DNA of 64,000 nt from NCBI GenBank assembly GCA_904063045.1, contig CAJFCJ010000011.1, positions 1 to 64,000 on the forward strand. The letters run 5' to 3'. The stretch is from Dimorphilus gyrociliatus (taxonomy: Eukaryota > Animalia > Annelida). Both the position numbers and the translations under genes were made by a program. Positions 12,286 to 25,094 of the stretch are shown here, piece after piece. Within the stretch, counting starts at the first letter, position 1, and each line of letters begins with the position of its first letter. The notes beneath the pieces were generated by a model. The model did no database searches. It was not told the DNA's origin and saw only the letters and a program-made list of their open reading frames with translations.

Positions 12286-14191
12286 GATTTCTTCTCTCTA
12301 TCAGAATGTTCTTCTGAATGAGAAAACAAATGAAAAGTGCTAATCTCTGTACTCTTTTCATTTATATTACTCTATGATACTACTCAAACGACTTTAACCG
12401 CTTGCCTAGATAGCATAATGAAATTAATCCTAGTATAATTATACCTCTCTAATATAACTTCTTATACGAAAATATCTTCTTTTCCGATAAGTTCCAAATT
12501 AAACTGAACTAGAAAACCTTTATAAATAAAAATGGGGTGGGAAGTGAAGAAAAGAAAACAAATTCCGAAAATGAGGCTTGGAAGGTTATTCATCTAACCA
12601 ACCCGGATGAATAGGCTTTTTTATTTACCTGGTACAGAGTGAGCAAATCCCAAAATATAATCGCATAACACATAAAAATATGAGAAAAGGAAGAAAGATC
12701 TTTACTCTTTTTTTATCTCTTCCAGTTCAATCTTATATCGATCAGAATAGTAAGAGAACAAAGAGAAAACGACAAATTGAATTGGCTACACTGTCTCTTC
12801 GTCTTTTCGTTTCCTTCTATCAGTCTATCTATCTTCTAAAGTTAGGATTGATCCTTTTTACTACGTAACTTACACCATTTCTTTATGTTTCTAGCAAAAT
12901 AATAAAAACGACAAAAAGTGGCAATATAAAGTAAATTTTATCCAGCGACCAGAGGCGTATATGGAAGAAAGAGAATAAATGCCGAGTACAAGCTAAACAC
13001 TTGCCCCTGCAGCCTTATCCAGTGTATTATTTATAGGTTGTAGGGGGATGGGGTTGTTATAGGCCTACATTTTTTCAGCTTTACAGTTGCTCGAGCGATT
13101 TAGTGAAGGGAATAGAGGTGTTTTTTACCTACTTTTTTCCCCTAGACTTCCGGACTTTTGAAATTCATACTACACTATATTTACCTATACTGTTATTATT
13201 TATGTATATATAGGCAGAAAGAGCGAGAGAGTAAAAGATATATATGTATATATATATAGGAAATTACTTAAAAAATAGTGAGAAATTCTAAAAATTGGGA
13301 TATATGCTGTACATATCTTCTATTATCACTATAGACGTTTTTTTAATTAAGATAATAGGAATGGTTTTTTACCTTATATAGCTGTTTGTATCAGCTGGTA
13401 TTTAAATTAATTCCGTATGCTACTATTCTTCTTCCCTAATGTTCCTTCTTTCTTCTGGCAAGCTTCAGAATGTACATAATCGACGTGATTTATTACGTTA
13501 TTGAGTTTACAAGACAGGCCATTGGTACAAAATTATAATAGGATTAGAGTTATTTCCTATTGAAGAACTTTATCAAACTTATGTACATAACAGTTCTTGG
13601 TACAAAAACAGAGGAATTAAATTATTAATAAGTTAAATAAGGAATTACTAATTATTACTATTACAATAAAACTATTAAATAATTATTCTATTTCGTACTA
13701 TAAATCATTGGTTTTGTTCAAACTTCGATATGTTTATCTTCGTATTTTCAATAAAGCTAAGACTTTCTTTTCTTGTTAATTTATTATAAATGTTTAAACT
13801 CTTTAACTTATTCGTTTATTATTAATTAATTGTGTTATCTTTTTTCTTTTATACAAATATTGAATTTCCTCTTGATTTTACCCTTACTAACCCTGTAAAA
13901 CTCCTTTTGTATACTCCTTTAAACCATCTTTTAGCTTATCTGCTCTTGTTTACTCTAAATTAGATCCAAGAGTGCATTCTTCAAACAAATACCATAATTC
14001 TTTCCGATACTAAACAGATCCTTAATTAATTAAACCGGTATATAGTGGCGACATCTCTTAACAATTGTTTTTGTTATCTTTAAATTTATCTTCAGCATTG
14101 CAGTATTGCCTACAAAACTAGAAATATCCTTTTATTATATGACGTCATAGTCATTTAAATACCATGATAAGGTTTTAAGTAAATAAAAAAA

Positions 14192-14881
14192 ATGCCAAAC
14201 AGCGTATCTTCTAGTCTATCTCTTCTTTATCAAAAATTTACGGGAGCCCGTAAATTATTGGACTCGGATTCCCTAGCCGTCCAGCAACAGCCTTTTGATC
14301 CTAATGCACCTAAAGTTGTTATTTTGGCCGTCTCTATAGGTGATGGAAGCGAAAATGCTTTCAATTGGTACTTTGAAAATTTGCATAGGGATGGAAATAG
14401 GTTAGTATTCGTTCACGTTATAGAACTACCAGACTTGAAGAATCAGAGTGCTAGGAATTTACACATGTCCCCTGGAGTTTTGGCAAACATGTGGCAGACG
14501 GAAGAAGATAAAACTAAAGAGTTAGAAATAAGAATGAAAGCGCTATTAAAAGAACGAAAATGTAATGGTATATTAAGAACGGTGGCGGGAAAGCCAGGAG
14601 AAATGATATGTGCAGTCGCAAGAGAAGAAAGAGCCACAATGATTGTAACTAGTTCGAGGTCGCAAGGAAAGTTCAGAAGGGCATTTTTGGGCTCCACTTC
14701 AGATTATCTTGTACATCATGCCCATTGCCCAGTTGTTGTATGTCGACTTGATACCCTTAACTCAGCCCAATCTGCAACCTTATCTTCCTCTCAGCAAGCT
14801 ATGGAAGAGCATATGGGAAAAAGGAGCGCAGGTTCCAAGATGCAACCCCAACTACCTCCCACACAAGATGAAAATGAATAA
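14192..14881 (+). CDS. Universal stress protein (UspA domain), intronless CDS
   Basis: KVVILAVSIGDGSENAFNWY...LVFVHV...GKPGEMICAVAREERATMIVTSSRSQGKFRRAFLGSTSDYLVHHAHCPVVVCR, the canonical USP signature. Confidence 0.92.
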   Translation: MPNSVSSSLSLLYQKFTGARKLLDSDSLAVQQQPFDPNAPKVVILAVSIGDGSENAFNWYFENLHRDGNRLVFVHVIELPDLKNQSARNLHMSPGVLANMWQTEEDKTKELEIRMKALLKERKCNGILRTVAGKPGEMICAVAREERATMIVTSSRSQGKFRRAFLGSTSDYLVHHAHCPVVVCRLDTLNSAQSATLSSSQQAMEEHMGKRSAGSKMQPQLPPTQDENE

Positions 14882-15414
14882 GATTTTCATTTTTTTCTCA
14901 ACTAAGAAAAAACGTGCAAAAGAAGAAAAAGAAGAAAGAACGTTTTTTAACTAAATTGCAAACATATTTATTGATTTATGTTTACTTTTTTTATAAAAAT
15001 CAAATGTCATAAACAAAAAAAAACAACAAATTTCATACGCTAACAATTATTATAGGCCAGAGGAAAATAACGGTTAATTTGGGGTTTTTAGACAAAAAAC
15101 ATATTTTCATTAGGAATTTTCCCACAGTAGAGACAATTTGAAATTAGTTAATAAAATTTGTTAATTAACTAGTTATATCCTGTAATTTTTAAAAATTCCA
15201 GAATTGAGAGATATTTTTTAATAGTTTAGAATTTATATTCTTGTCATTTCGCGTGCATTTTATCGAAGGTTAGTTGAATATTAATTATAATACTTTTGTG
15301 TAACCTATTTATTTATTTGTTTTTCCTTTTTATACAAGTTTTATCCGCTAATTTATTATTATCTAGACATCTGAAATACTGAAAAAGAAATATAAAGTCA
15401 GCTTGGATAATAAA

Positions 15415-17123
15415 ATGAACTCGAAAAGTAAATTTAGAATTAAGAGACCGAATTTTAACAGTTTATCAGCTTTTGGCAAGACTATCAGGAACTTGTCGAT
15501 AAATAGCAGATGGTTTGATAACTACTACTTGGAATACCGAAAAAGTACACTGATCAATTATAAATGTCCTAAAAAGACGGAATTAGACTTAAAAACTGAT
15601 TTGAAACATCTAACTACGGATCCTAACACTTCTATGGAAAATATATCGAAAATACCTAATAATAAGCAAAGTCATTTACTTTCTAGGTCAGATTACACAG
15701 AGACTGTAAGAACGAATAACAACGATTTATCACAAACATGCAATCTACCTATACGACAAGAATTTAGAACGTCACCGTTGAATAATCCAAAAAGTCATTC
15801 TTTCTTCAACAATGCCAACATTTCCTATGAATCTCAGTCTTCTTCAAGTGCCATAAGCAAACACTGTAGCGAAAAAGAGTTTGGCAGAATGTGCACAGAG
15901 TTGCTCAATACATCTCTTAAGGAAACACCAAAAAGTAAAGACCGTAGAACCTTTGTCAAGACTCCTTCTACAGCGACTAGGAATAGTTGGAACAGGAGAG
16001 ACAATACACTTGATTCAGATGAATTACAGCAGGAAATTGAGAATCCAGCATGTCTTTCATCGTCGAAAAGGTACGACGATGATTTTCTAAACACTGATGA
16101 GAGCATTATGGTAGTTGCATCATCGCCAAATGCAATGAAAACAAAATGCGAAACAAAAACCTCTCTGAACAAATTTCCAAGGTCTTTAAATTTCGATTCG
16201 CTAGATGAAACATCCATCAAACATAGACGTTGTGAAGTTCGTTTGGAGAACTTGAATGAGAAACAGTTACAAAAGTATACCGTGAATTACGAAAATTCTC
16301 ATGATGATAGTTTCCAACGCAAGCGAGAATCTCTTAGTTCACCTCTCTTCACTAGTTATCGAGTTCGAGTTCGTATTTCTACAAATAGTTTTGCCTTTGA
16401 ATCATAAAATGTCGTTTATTTTCTTTTTCACAGAAGAATTCGGGTAAACTAAGAAAGAGTTCAGCAGCCATTAAAGGTGTTCATGCCGAGACTATGTACA
16501 GAAAGGTGATTGAAGATGACGCCATGGATACCACCAGCTCTGAGGATGAAAGTTTTAATGATGAGAATGATAAAGATAAAAAAAGACTTACTCGTCGAAG
16601 ACACCGAAAATTTTCCTCTATTTTCAAATGCTGTCCACATAATTGTTACGAAAGTCTAGAACCTTCCGCTCAGAGAAATCAGTTTGATATTTACTACTCC
16701 AAAAGCCCTAGCGAACAGATTCAACACATTCTGAAATACTTAACTCTTGATGAAGATAATGAGCCTATCTTTGAAATTCAAGAAAACTATTTCTGCAATC
16801 CCTTCATTGCAAACTTATTTAAAGTTCCGCTAGATTGGCTGGAAAGAGTTATTGAAAAGAATAATCCGTGTGGAGAGTTTACAGCGAAAACATGGCTGGA
16901 ATCTGACGAGTACGAAGCACTTCAGAACTTTTGCTACATCAAGGGTATAAGAAGCAAGAACTTTCCATATTTAAAGAAAGTTTTTGGAGGTGTATCTGGT
17001 TTATACGCAAGTTACTGCTACTTTTTTCAAAATAATCATAACAGAAAGCCGAAAATTTCTAAACAAGCTTTCTACAAGACATTCCTTCAATATTTATCAG
17101 AAAAGGAAGTCGATATTGTATAA
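15415..17123 (+). CDS. Hypothetical two-exon protein of about 540 aa; Ser-rich N-terminus, Cys/HTH-like C-terminal region
   Basis: ATG 15415; the ORFs 15403-16407 and 16494-17123 are joined in phase 0 by a donor cga|gttcg near 16362-16368 and the acceptor ttttcacag| at 16433. Confidence 0.7.
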
Positions 17124-17337
17124 ATTATTAAAATTCTTTATCATTAATATGCTTTTTTTTTTGTTTATGGTGATGGTCTCAAAATATTTAAATGTTTTGG
17201 CTTTTTCGTTTTTTCTGCATTGAACGCTCATCTTCAATATGTGCCTTTTGTTTGAATAAAAGTTTCTTAACTATTTTTAAATTCTCCGGAAATAGTTTCG
17301 ACGATACTTCCGGAATAAGAATCTAGCAGATGACACC

Positions 17338-17593
17338 ATGAGAAATCTGAGTGCTCTTTCGTTATATAAAAATTTATTAAGATATGGAAAACAATTGGAA
17401 TATACAGATAAAGATTTTTTTTATAAAAGGATAAGGCAAGAATTCGAAAAGTCTAGAGACTTTAACGAAAATCAAATACGGAACGGCCTAAAGGTAACAT
17501 CCCATACTCGAGATTCACTTTAAGACCATTTTTTACTTTTGAATTTTACTTTAGAAAGGAGAAGAGTTCCTGAGAAAGAAACATTTAATCTAA
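17338..17593 (+). CDS. MIURF: LYR-motif mitoribosome assembly microprotein (ortholog of the human MIEF1 uORF protein L0R8F8), 64 aa
   Basis: Exons 17338-17493 and 17555-17593: MRNLSALSLYKNLLRYGKQLEYTDKDFFYKRIRQEFEKSRDFNENQIRNGLKKGEEFLRKKHLI*, which aligns by eye to human [30 protein letters not shown]...LEKGLVFL. Confidence 0.85.
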
Positions 17594-18158
17594 ATGTTGT
17601 ATAAAAGGCTTCTTCTTCAATTGCATACCTCTAAGATGCCCTTTATGGATCAAAGTTGAAAGTTTCAAGGAACATACTTGCAGGAAACCAGAAAAAATGA
17701 TTTATTTATCGATTGTCTAGTCAAAGGCAATTCTTCAAAGACTCTTTTAATCAATTGTTGTATATGTTAATAAGAACAGCAATAATAATTATTTTTTTAG
17801 TATCTCTTGTTACTGATTAGACTATCATTCACTTGTTCATAAATCTCTTTGTTTTTCGAATAATTATGTTGCATATGACTAATTGTAAAATATATCTTAT
17901 TATATAGAAAGTGAGTAATAATGATACAACTTATTACTATTATTAAAACTTTAAGGAAACCGCCAAGAAGGTATAACTGTTTGGTCACGTGACAGTTGAT
18001 TCGAACGGGAATCCTGTCTATTGATTGTGTAAAACATACATTGTTTTCATGTTCAAACTCGTAACCAGAATGTTATTTAGCTGCTTTTTCGTTTACTTTA
18101 TCAAAATAAGTGATATTAAGCTTAAATAATCTTTTAACTTGAAACTTCTAATATCGTT

Positions 18159-21100
18159 ATGATAAAATCACGGAGAATACGTAAAAGTCCTAACGAGATT
18201 GAAAGACTTTTAAATGAAGAACGTCAAAAACGTAGAAAACAGAGATTACTCCAGGTTATTGCCTCTATTAAGTCATACTTCTGGTCTAATTATGTTTTAA
18301 ACCAACAGGTCAGAAATCAGGATAAACAATTTGCAACTAAAATCAGGCAAGCAGTAAAGAATGAGAAAGAAAGACAACTCCAATTATTGGCAAAGAGTGT
18401 GGAAGTAAGTATGCAACCTTTTCATTATTTTAATTTAGCTTAAGATGGTATAAACTAAACGAACAAATCGAAAATGTAGCTTATCATAAAATTAGCTACC
18501 TTTGATATTTGTGGTTATATATGTATTATTAAATCGGCTCCCTGTGAAACCATATAGATTGAATTCACTTTGGAAAAAGCTGAAAAGTTACGCAGGTTAC
18601 AAGAAGAATATGAAGATTCTTTACAGTACGTTGGAGATGCACAAAAGACAGCCTTATACCAAGTAAATATTAATTGCTGTTTATTTGATGTCAAGGTAAA
18701 AGGCTTTTTAAAAATCTTTCAGCCTGATAATAGCTTGAAAAATCAACAAGTAAAGTTAGAGCAAGCTTGGAAAGCTGAAAAAAGATATGTAGCAGCTTTA
18801 GAGAAGTTGAGAACACAAAAAGAGGAGACTGAAGAGGAGAAGACAAGACATATTCAAGCAAGGTAATTATAAGTTTGCTCTCCTAACATAGAATTTTTAT
18901 AAATAATTTGTAAATTTTAGGCAAATGGCTCTAGAAGTGGAAAGAAGTAGAGCAAAAGAAATCGCATCATTACCCCCACCAGTAAATGATAAGGCTCAGG
19001 ACCTTTTCGACAAAAGTTGTACTCTAAACTTGTTTGATTTTCATAATTGTAACCTAATTTCTTTTCTTTAATAGATACTACGAAGCGTGTTCAGTCTACT
19101 GATCGAAACGCCTTTGTTACTACATACTACCATTTAGATGGAAAAGTTTACGCTGATAAAGCGGAAAAGGACGAAGAAGTAAGTGTTTTAAGCAAGTTAA
19201 TTGTTATGGTACTAATTCTAACGTTTAAAGGAGATGAATGCTAGGGAAGCAGCCGAACTAGAAATGGATAGATTAGATCATATTTCCAAGTCTCAAAAAC
19301 GTGAAAAATTTGAGAGGATGGAAAAAGCTGATCTACGCCATAAAGAGGCATTAAAGAAGGAAATAATTAAGAAGGAATATAGTAGTCTGCTTAAAGACTT
19401 ATCTAATCTACAGGTTCATTTATTTCATGTACTTGGAACATTTATCTATTAAATTGTTCTATATTAGAAATTGGACGCAACAAGAAGATCACAAGCTTTA
19501 GAAAAGTTACCAAAAAGGATATTTTTAGCTTCAAAACTTGATGAACAAAACGAGGAAAATCGTCAAAGAAATATAGAAAAAGCTTTAGAAAAAGAATTTA
19601 TGCAGGCAACGGGTAGAGGATTATTAAATAAATACGCTATATTTTTAACTTTTAATATATTTTCAACAATAGATCATCTAGGAGATTTAAGTCTTTTTAG
19701 ACAAAATGAACCTCCATCGTCTCCCACTGAGCAAACTAGTCAATTGTCATACGGTAATCCAGTCTCTGATCATTTAACAACTCCTGAGCCAGCCAAGCCA
19801 ATGTCGAGAATTAACGTTAGGTAATAATAGATAGAAATTTTAACGGAACTATACTTAAATAATGATTTTTTTTTTTAAATTTTTAGAAGTTCCTTATCGG
19901 ACATAACGAATGATGAAGAACAAGCCGCTGAAGCCCATAGACCAGCCGCCTTATCTAAATTATTATCAAGAATTCAATGTCAAAGGCAAAATGTTAGTAC
20001 TACTAGTGAAAGCGAAGTTGAATCTCAAGCTGGTTATATTGGACAAGGTTCGCTTACAGACTCTCTTTAAAGAGAAATAATATAAATTTTTTTGTCAATG
20101 TATGCACAGAGCCCCAATCAATCAATGATTTATCACTCTCTGAATATACACTGAGGAGTCAAGTCATGTCTGATAATGAAATTTCGGACAAAGGTGTAAT
20201 TATACCCGAGCGTGAGGTTGTTTCTATTCCATATGCAAAAGAAGAGGAAGATAACGAATCGGAGAGGAGTGATTCTGTTCAATTATTGGTAAGATCTTTA
20301 ATAATTAGAGTTTACATTCTAAAGATATCATGTTTTATTTAGAAAGGACCACCTCCACCTACAACAGGAAAGACCAGCCTTGAAGAGAATCTTGCTGAAT
20401 TTAATTCGCTGCGAGAACAAAATTTAAGAATCATTGATGACACAAAAGAAAGACAAACCTTACTCGAGTAAGTTACTTGACTGTTTTGAGTGGATATTTT
20501 ATAGTGTCTATAAATGTGAAATTTTTAAATAGTAAGGAACGTTTCGCTTTGGAGAAACAATTGAAGGAGATTCAAGAAAAGAAGCAGGTTTTAGAAAAAA
20601 TGCTGTCATCTAGCGTAAATAGCACATCATCGTCAAAAGGTTCCTCTAGATCGTCATCAAGCATTTCGCTAAAAATTCCTAAAAGAGCAGATACACCTGA
20701 CTCTATTTCATCGAAATCTTCGTCTCTTGTTGAGAAATTGGCTCGAGTTGAGGAACTAAGGCAAAGAGCTGAACTTGAACACTCACGAATACAGAATTCG
20801 AGATCGGCTGGTTTCGAGGAAAATATAAGCAAAATAGATGAGATACTAGCAAAGATTCCAACAGTCGATGATAGAATAGAAAAAGCTGGCAGAACATTGG
20901 GAAAATTTGAAGATTTAACTACAAGTCTTCATAGTTTACAACTCTCTGAGACTGATAATAGAGATAGTATTGCTGCGAGAGAGTCAGACGTTTCAGCCGT
21001 TCTGTTAAGACCTCCAAGAGTAGGCACCAGTATCACTTCAGGAAGCAGTATTTCTATTCCAGAGGCATTTGCCTATGAATCATCAGAAAATAGCTTGAAG

Positions 21101-23489
21101 CTAGGCAAAGATCATGATTTTTTCACAAAACTTCAGAGCAGAGAAAGTTCAAACGTTTCGAGCAATTATGAAAAATTCGTAAAATTAGAGAACCACGATC
21201 CCAGCAAATCGTCTTCGAGAACGGATCTTGAGGCAGGAGGAAACGAAATAGAGGAAAAATATTTTACTGCCTTGAATTTTACCCAAAGAAATAATGGGGA
21301 TAAAACTGAGACTTCTGTAAACGACGTTTGTAATAGGGAAGAAGAAGAGTTTATGCCATTAGAGAATGAATATCAAAGTTTACAAGAGCAAATAGAATCA
21401 AAGAATTCCACTGCTCTCTTTGAGGAAGGAATTAGAAAAAGTTCATCCATTCTATCAAATAAATCTGATGACGTATTAGAAAAATCAGATTCGGGTTCTG
21501 TCAAGTCAGCTAAAAAGCGTCTCTTCGATACTAGTAACCCCTCAAATGAACATCAGCAACCAGTAAGGAGGCAAGACTTTTCGTATAGTTCATCGAAAGA
21601 TGGCGGACAAAATGTGGAAGAACTAGTAGAAACTGTCGTTTCAAGGTATCAAGAAGAAAAAGCATCCGAAAGATCCACAAAAGAGCCTGAAGATAGTGCT
21701 TTAGTTTTAAGTGAATATACAATAGAGTCAACTCAATCAGTTTTGAATACTTTAGACTTTAACGAAACTCAAAGGGATACTATTGAAAGGGCTAAACAAT
21801 TACTTGATCGCGCTGAACAATATCTCGAAAGTAGAAAGCCAAGCGATAATAAAGAAGAAAGTAATTCCAAAAATAATACTAATTGGTCGGAAGAATTGAA
21901 AAATTATAAAATAACTTCCCCAGAGCGGAAAAAGTTTGCTCCGTTTGCATCAACTCCAGCAGCTTTTCAGAAAGGAGACTCAATATTGGAACTGACTGAT
22001 ATGCCATCTACAATTTTCTCTACTGAAAGTTTATCAAAAGCGCTAGAAAATAAAACAGAAAGTGAACACAGCTCAGTTGCATCAATAAGAAGCGACCGAA
22101 AACCTACTGAACACGACAAACGATCGTTCAGTGATACCTCTCCTCCGCCCTCTCCGCCCCCTTCTCCTGCTATACCGCTCGTCAAGGATACAACTAATGA
22201 TGAAGCATCGAATACACAGCAGGAAAAAGTTACTTCTGAAGATAAATTTTATCCGCTGCTATCTTTCGATAGTGATCCAACAGATGATACTGCTTCTATA
22301 AAAAATGATAATCCAAGTGATTCATCTGACTCAACAAGATACAAGGATTTTCCTGAATTATTTCACTTTCCCATTCTAACTGAATTGAAAAATACCCTAA
22401 GTATTGTAGACGACGAAGAAAGGGATAAAAGTATGCCTTTGAGCGATTCGATTCGATCTTTCATTCCGAGTGGTTTTCTAGAAGAGCAACGTTTAAGCGA
22501 TGTGCCAGAAGAGGAAGAAGTATCAGACTATTTTAAATTAACTCAAACTCCACCTTCTCAACTAAAGAATGAAGAAATTAGCAAACGCGGTATGCATTAT
22601 TTTAGTCCTTGTAGCCGTGGCGATTCTACGTTATCGTTTGAGGCCCATGAGAAAAGTATTATAAGTGATAGTTCGAAGTTTAGTAGTTCAATTTTCGGTA
22701 AGTTGAAGGTACCATTACTTATAAAAATATTAAATAAACAAATATTTCAGACTCGCCAGCAAGCCAAAGCCATAAAGATAGTCAACTATCTACGCCATCG
22801 CCTAAACAGAGGTCGTTAAAGCCAGTTGTAGAGGTTGAAGAAGACGATAAGGAAAGTTACGCAGAAAGGAAAAAGAGGCAATTAATGAAAGCTTCAGAAC
22901 AAAGAAGGGCAGAAGCCATGGAACGAGCTAGGCATAAGATGGAGAAAAAATTAAAAGAGGAAAAACAACTACACGACGACATGATGGAACGTTGGAAAGT
23001 AGGTCGGAGCGTTAACGGTAAAAATTTAAATGCCAATTCATCAAATAGTACAAATGGTAAACACTTATTAATAATATCTTATTAATATCATTAATATGTA
23101 TTGATTTATTATTGCAGAAGATAGTAGTAAAAGTGAGGAAAAACCAATTAAATCAAATCCGAAAAGTAATGAAAAGTGTAAGGAAGAACAGATGAAGAAA
23201 AGAACTCAACGGTAATGAGACATCAATAATTAATTTATGATATATTAATATTAATAAATTTGCTTCTTTTTTTGCTATTTAAGCCTTTATAGCCGATTAG
23301 AAGAAGTTAAGAAACAACAGGAAGTGAAAAATCGACAAAGTGAATATGCTCAAAATAGGGAAAGAGCTAAAGCTTATAGCAAAGTAATTCTAGTCTATTT
23401 TTTAAAACAATCTTCAGAAATAATTATTTTAATTTCTTCTATAATTGTAGAAACAACAAGAAATTAGAAAGAAAAGTACAAAGTCGTAA
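18159..23489 (+). CDS. CEP295: Centrosomal protein 295 (KIAA1731/Ana1)
   Basis: N-terminus RKSPNEIERLL...RRKQRLLQVR...KADLRHKEALK...ERSRAKEIASLPPP matches the CEP295 conserved domain; long disordered exon about 20533-22697; C-terminal ALMS motif QMKKRTQRLYSRLEEVKKQQEVKNRQSEYAQNRERAKAYSK; stop ends at 23489. Confidence 0.88.
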
Positions 23490-23751
23490 CCAAGGAAACG
23501 AAAAGAATAATATACATTCTCAATTTTTTACTTAGAAATTTAGATATATAGGATTTTTTTATTTTATTACTGTTACGTAACAAACAACTGTTGTGAAATG
23601 GCTAATAGTAATTTATAACAAATAAATTATGTTCTTAAGACATTAAATAGTTAATTAAGGGCAGTTATTAGTACTTTTTCTATTTGCTGGATAAATATTC
23701 AAATTTTGCGCCGCTCAGTATAAGTTAACCAGTTTATTAAAAGTTTCTAAG

Positions 23752-24745
23752 ATGGCGGCACACGTGGTCGGTCGGAACTCTGTTTTATTTCAAATATCTC
23801 GGCGTATTCTAACGCAATTTTCGCCACAAGTGAATGCCATGTAAGAACTATAGTTATAAAAGTTGATTTGATTATTTAGAATCATCATTTTTCCATAACA
23901 GCCATTATACGGCGAGAAGATGTATGTCTGAGGATAAATCTACTGGAAGTGCAGCCGACGTTGACCTTCCAAAGCCGGGGACACTTGTTGAAGAAATGCG
24001 TAAAGTTGCCAAACAAAAAAATAATTCGGATTCCTCAAGTAGCTCTTCCGATTCATCGTCATCTAGTGACGAGGAATTGGAAAAGGCTGCTTCAAAAGCA
24101 GCCGAACATTTAGGCGGCAATGTTAAAAAAACTGCATCCGATTTATTAGAATCGTTACAAAGAATTAAAGAAAGTGGCAGTCCGCTGGATCTACTATCGA
24201 GTATGAAAGTTGAGAGGACTAGAGCAAAAACAGCACCGTCGCTAGAGTCAAATGTAAATAAGAGGAGATCGGATTTTCAACGAGGAAGCGTTACAGAGCA
24301 GTTTATGAAATTAAAAAAATCCGAAGATTACAAACTTTATGATGGAAAACGATTGGGGATTTTTGAGAAGAAATCTGCCGAAATTGTAGATGACGACTAT
24401 TTTACTCTTTTGGAGAAGGAAAACTTGAAAAGTCTAGAAAATGACAGATTACCAAACAACGCTTGGGAAGAATTAGAAAAATGGACAAAAGAAAAGAAAA
24501 TTTGGAAATACCCTATCGATAATGACCAAGATTGGGAGCAAGAAGCTAATGTTGGTTTTCACGAGCACGTATTTATAGATAGAGAATTAAGGAAAGGATT
24601 TCCCAAAACAGGACCGGTTAAACACTTTATGGATTTGGTCTGTGCAGGTTTATCGAAAAATCATTATATGACTGTTAAAGAGAAACATGATCACATAGAC
24701 TGGTTTCGAAACTATTTCAATGAACGGATGCATACTTTAAGCTAA
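23752..24745 (+). CDS. MRPS31: Mitochondrial ribosomal protein mS31
   Basis: Presequence exon (MAAHVVGRNSVLFQISRRIL) plus exon 2 with WTKEKKIWKYPIDND...FHEHVFI...FPKTGPVKHFMDLVCAGLSKNHYMTVKEKHDHIDWFRNYF. Confidence 0.95.
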
Positions 24746-24772
24746 TTGAAACGATAAAGGAATTTAGTAATA

Positions 24773-24901
24773 CAGTACAGATAACCCATTTTTAAACGTC
24801 CAGCTATTTTCTTAATTAGTTAAAATATTTTTTCTATAACATTAAGTTTACTATCCAATAATTAGACATGGCAATTGTGACTTTGTAATCAACATATTCA
24901 A
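24773..24901 (+). repeat. Left terminal inverted repeat (129 bp)
   Basis: Exact reverse complement of 25951-26079 by manual comparison. Confidence 0.93.
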
Positions 24902-25094
24902 ATAATTAAATATTCATATTTTACTCTTTAAATAACAAAAAAAATTTTATTCTTAAAAAATTATGAAAAGTGCTTGATATCCTATTTTGAACAATAATTC
25001 ATAATTTACGAAAATGACCATATTTTTTTGCTTTCCCACACGAAAATATATTTCAAGAATCGAAATAGGATAAGAATTTAAAAAAAACTTTAAA

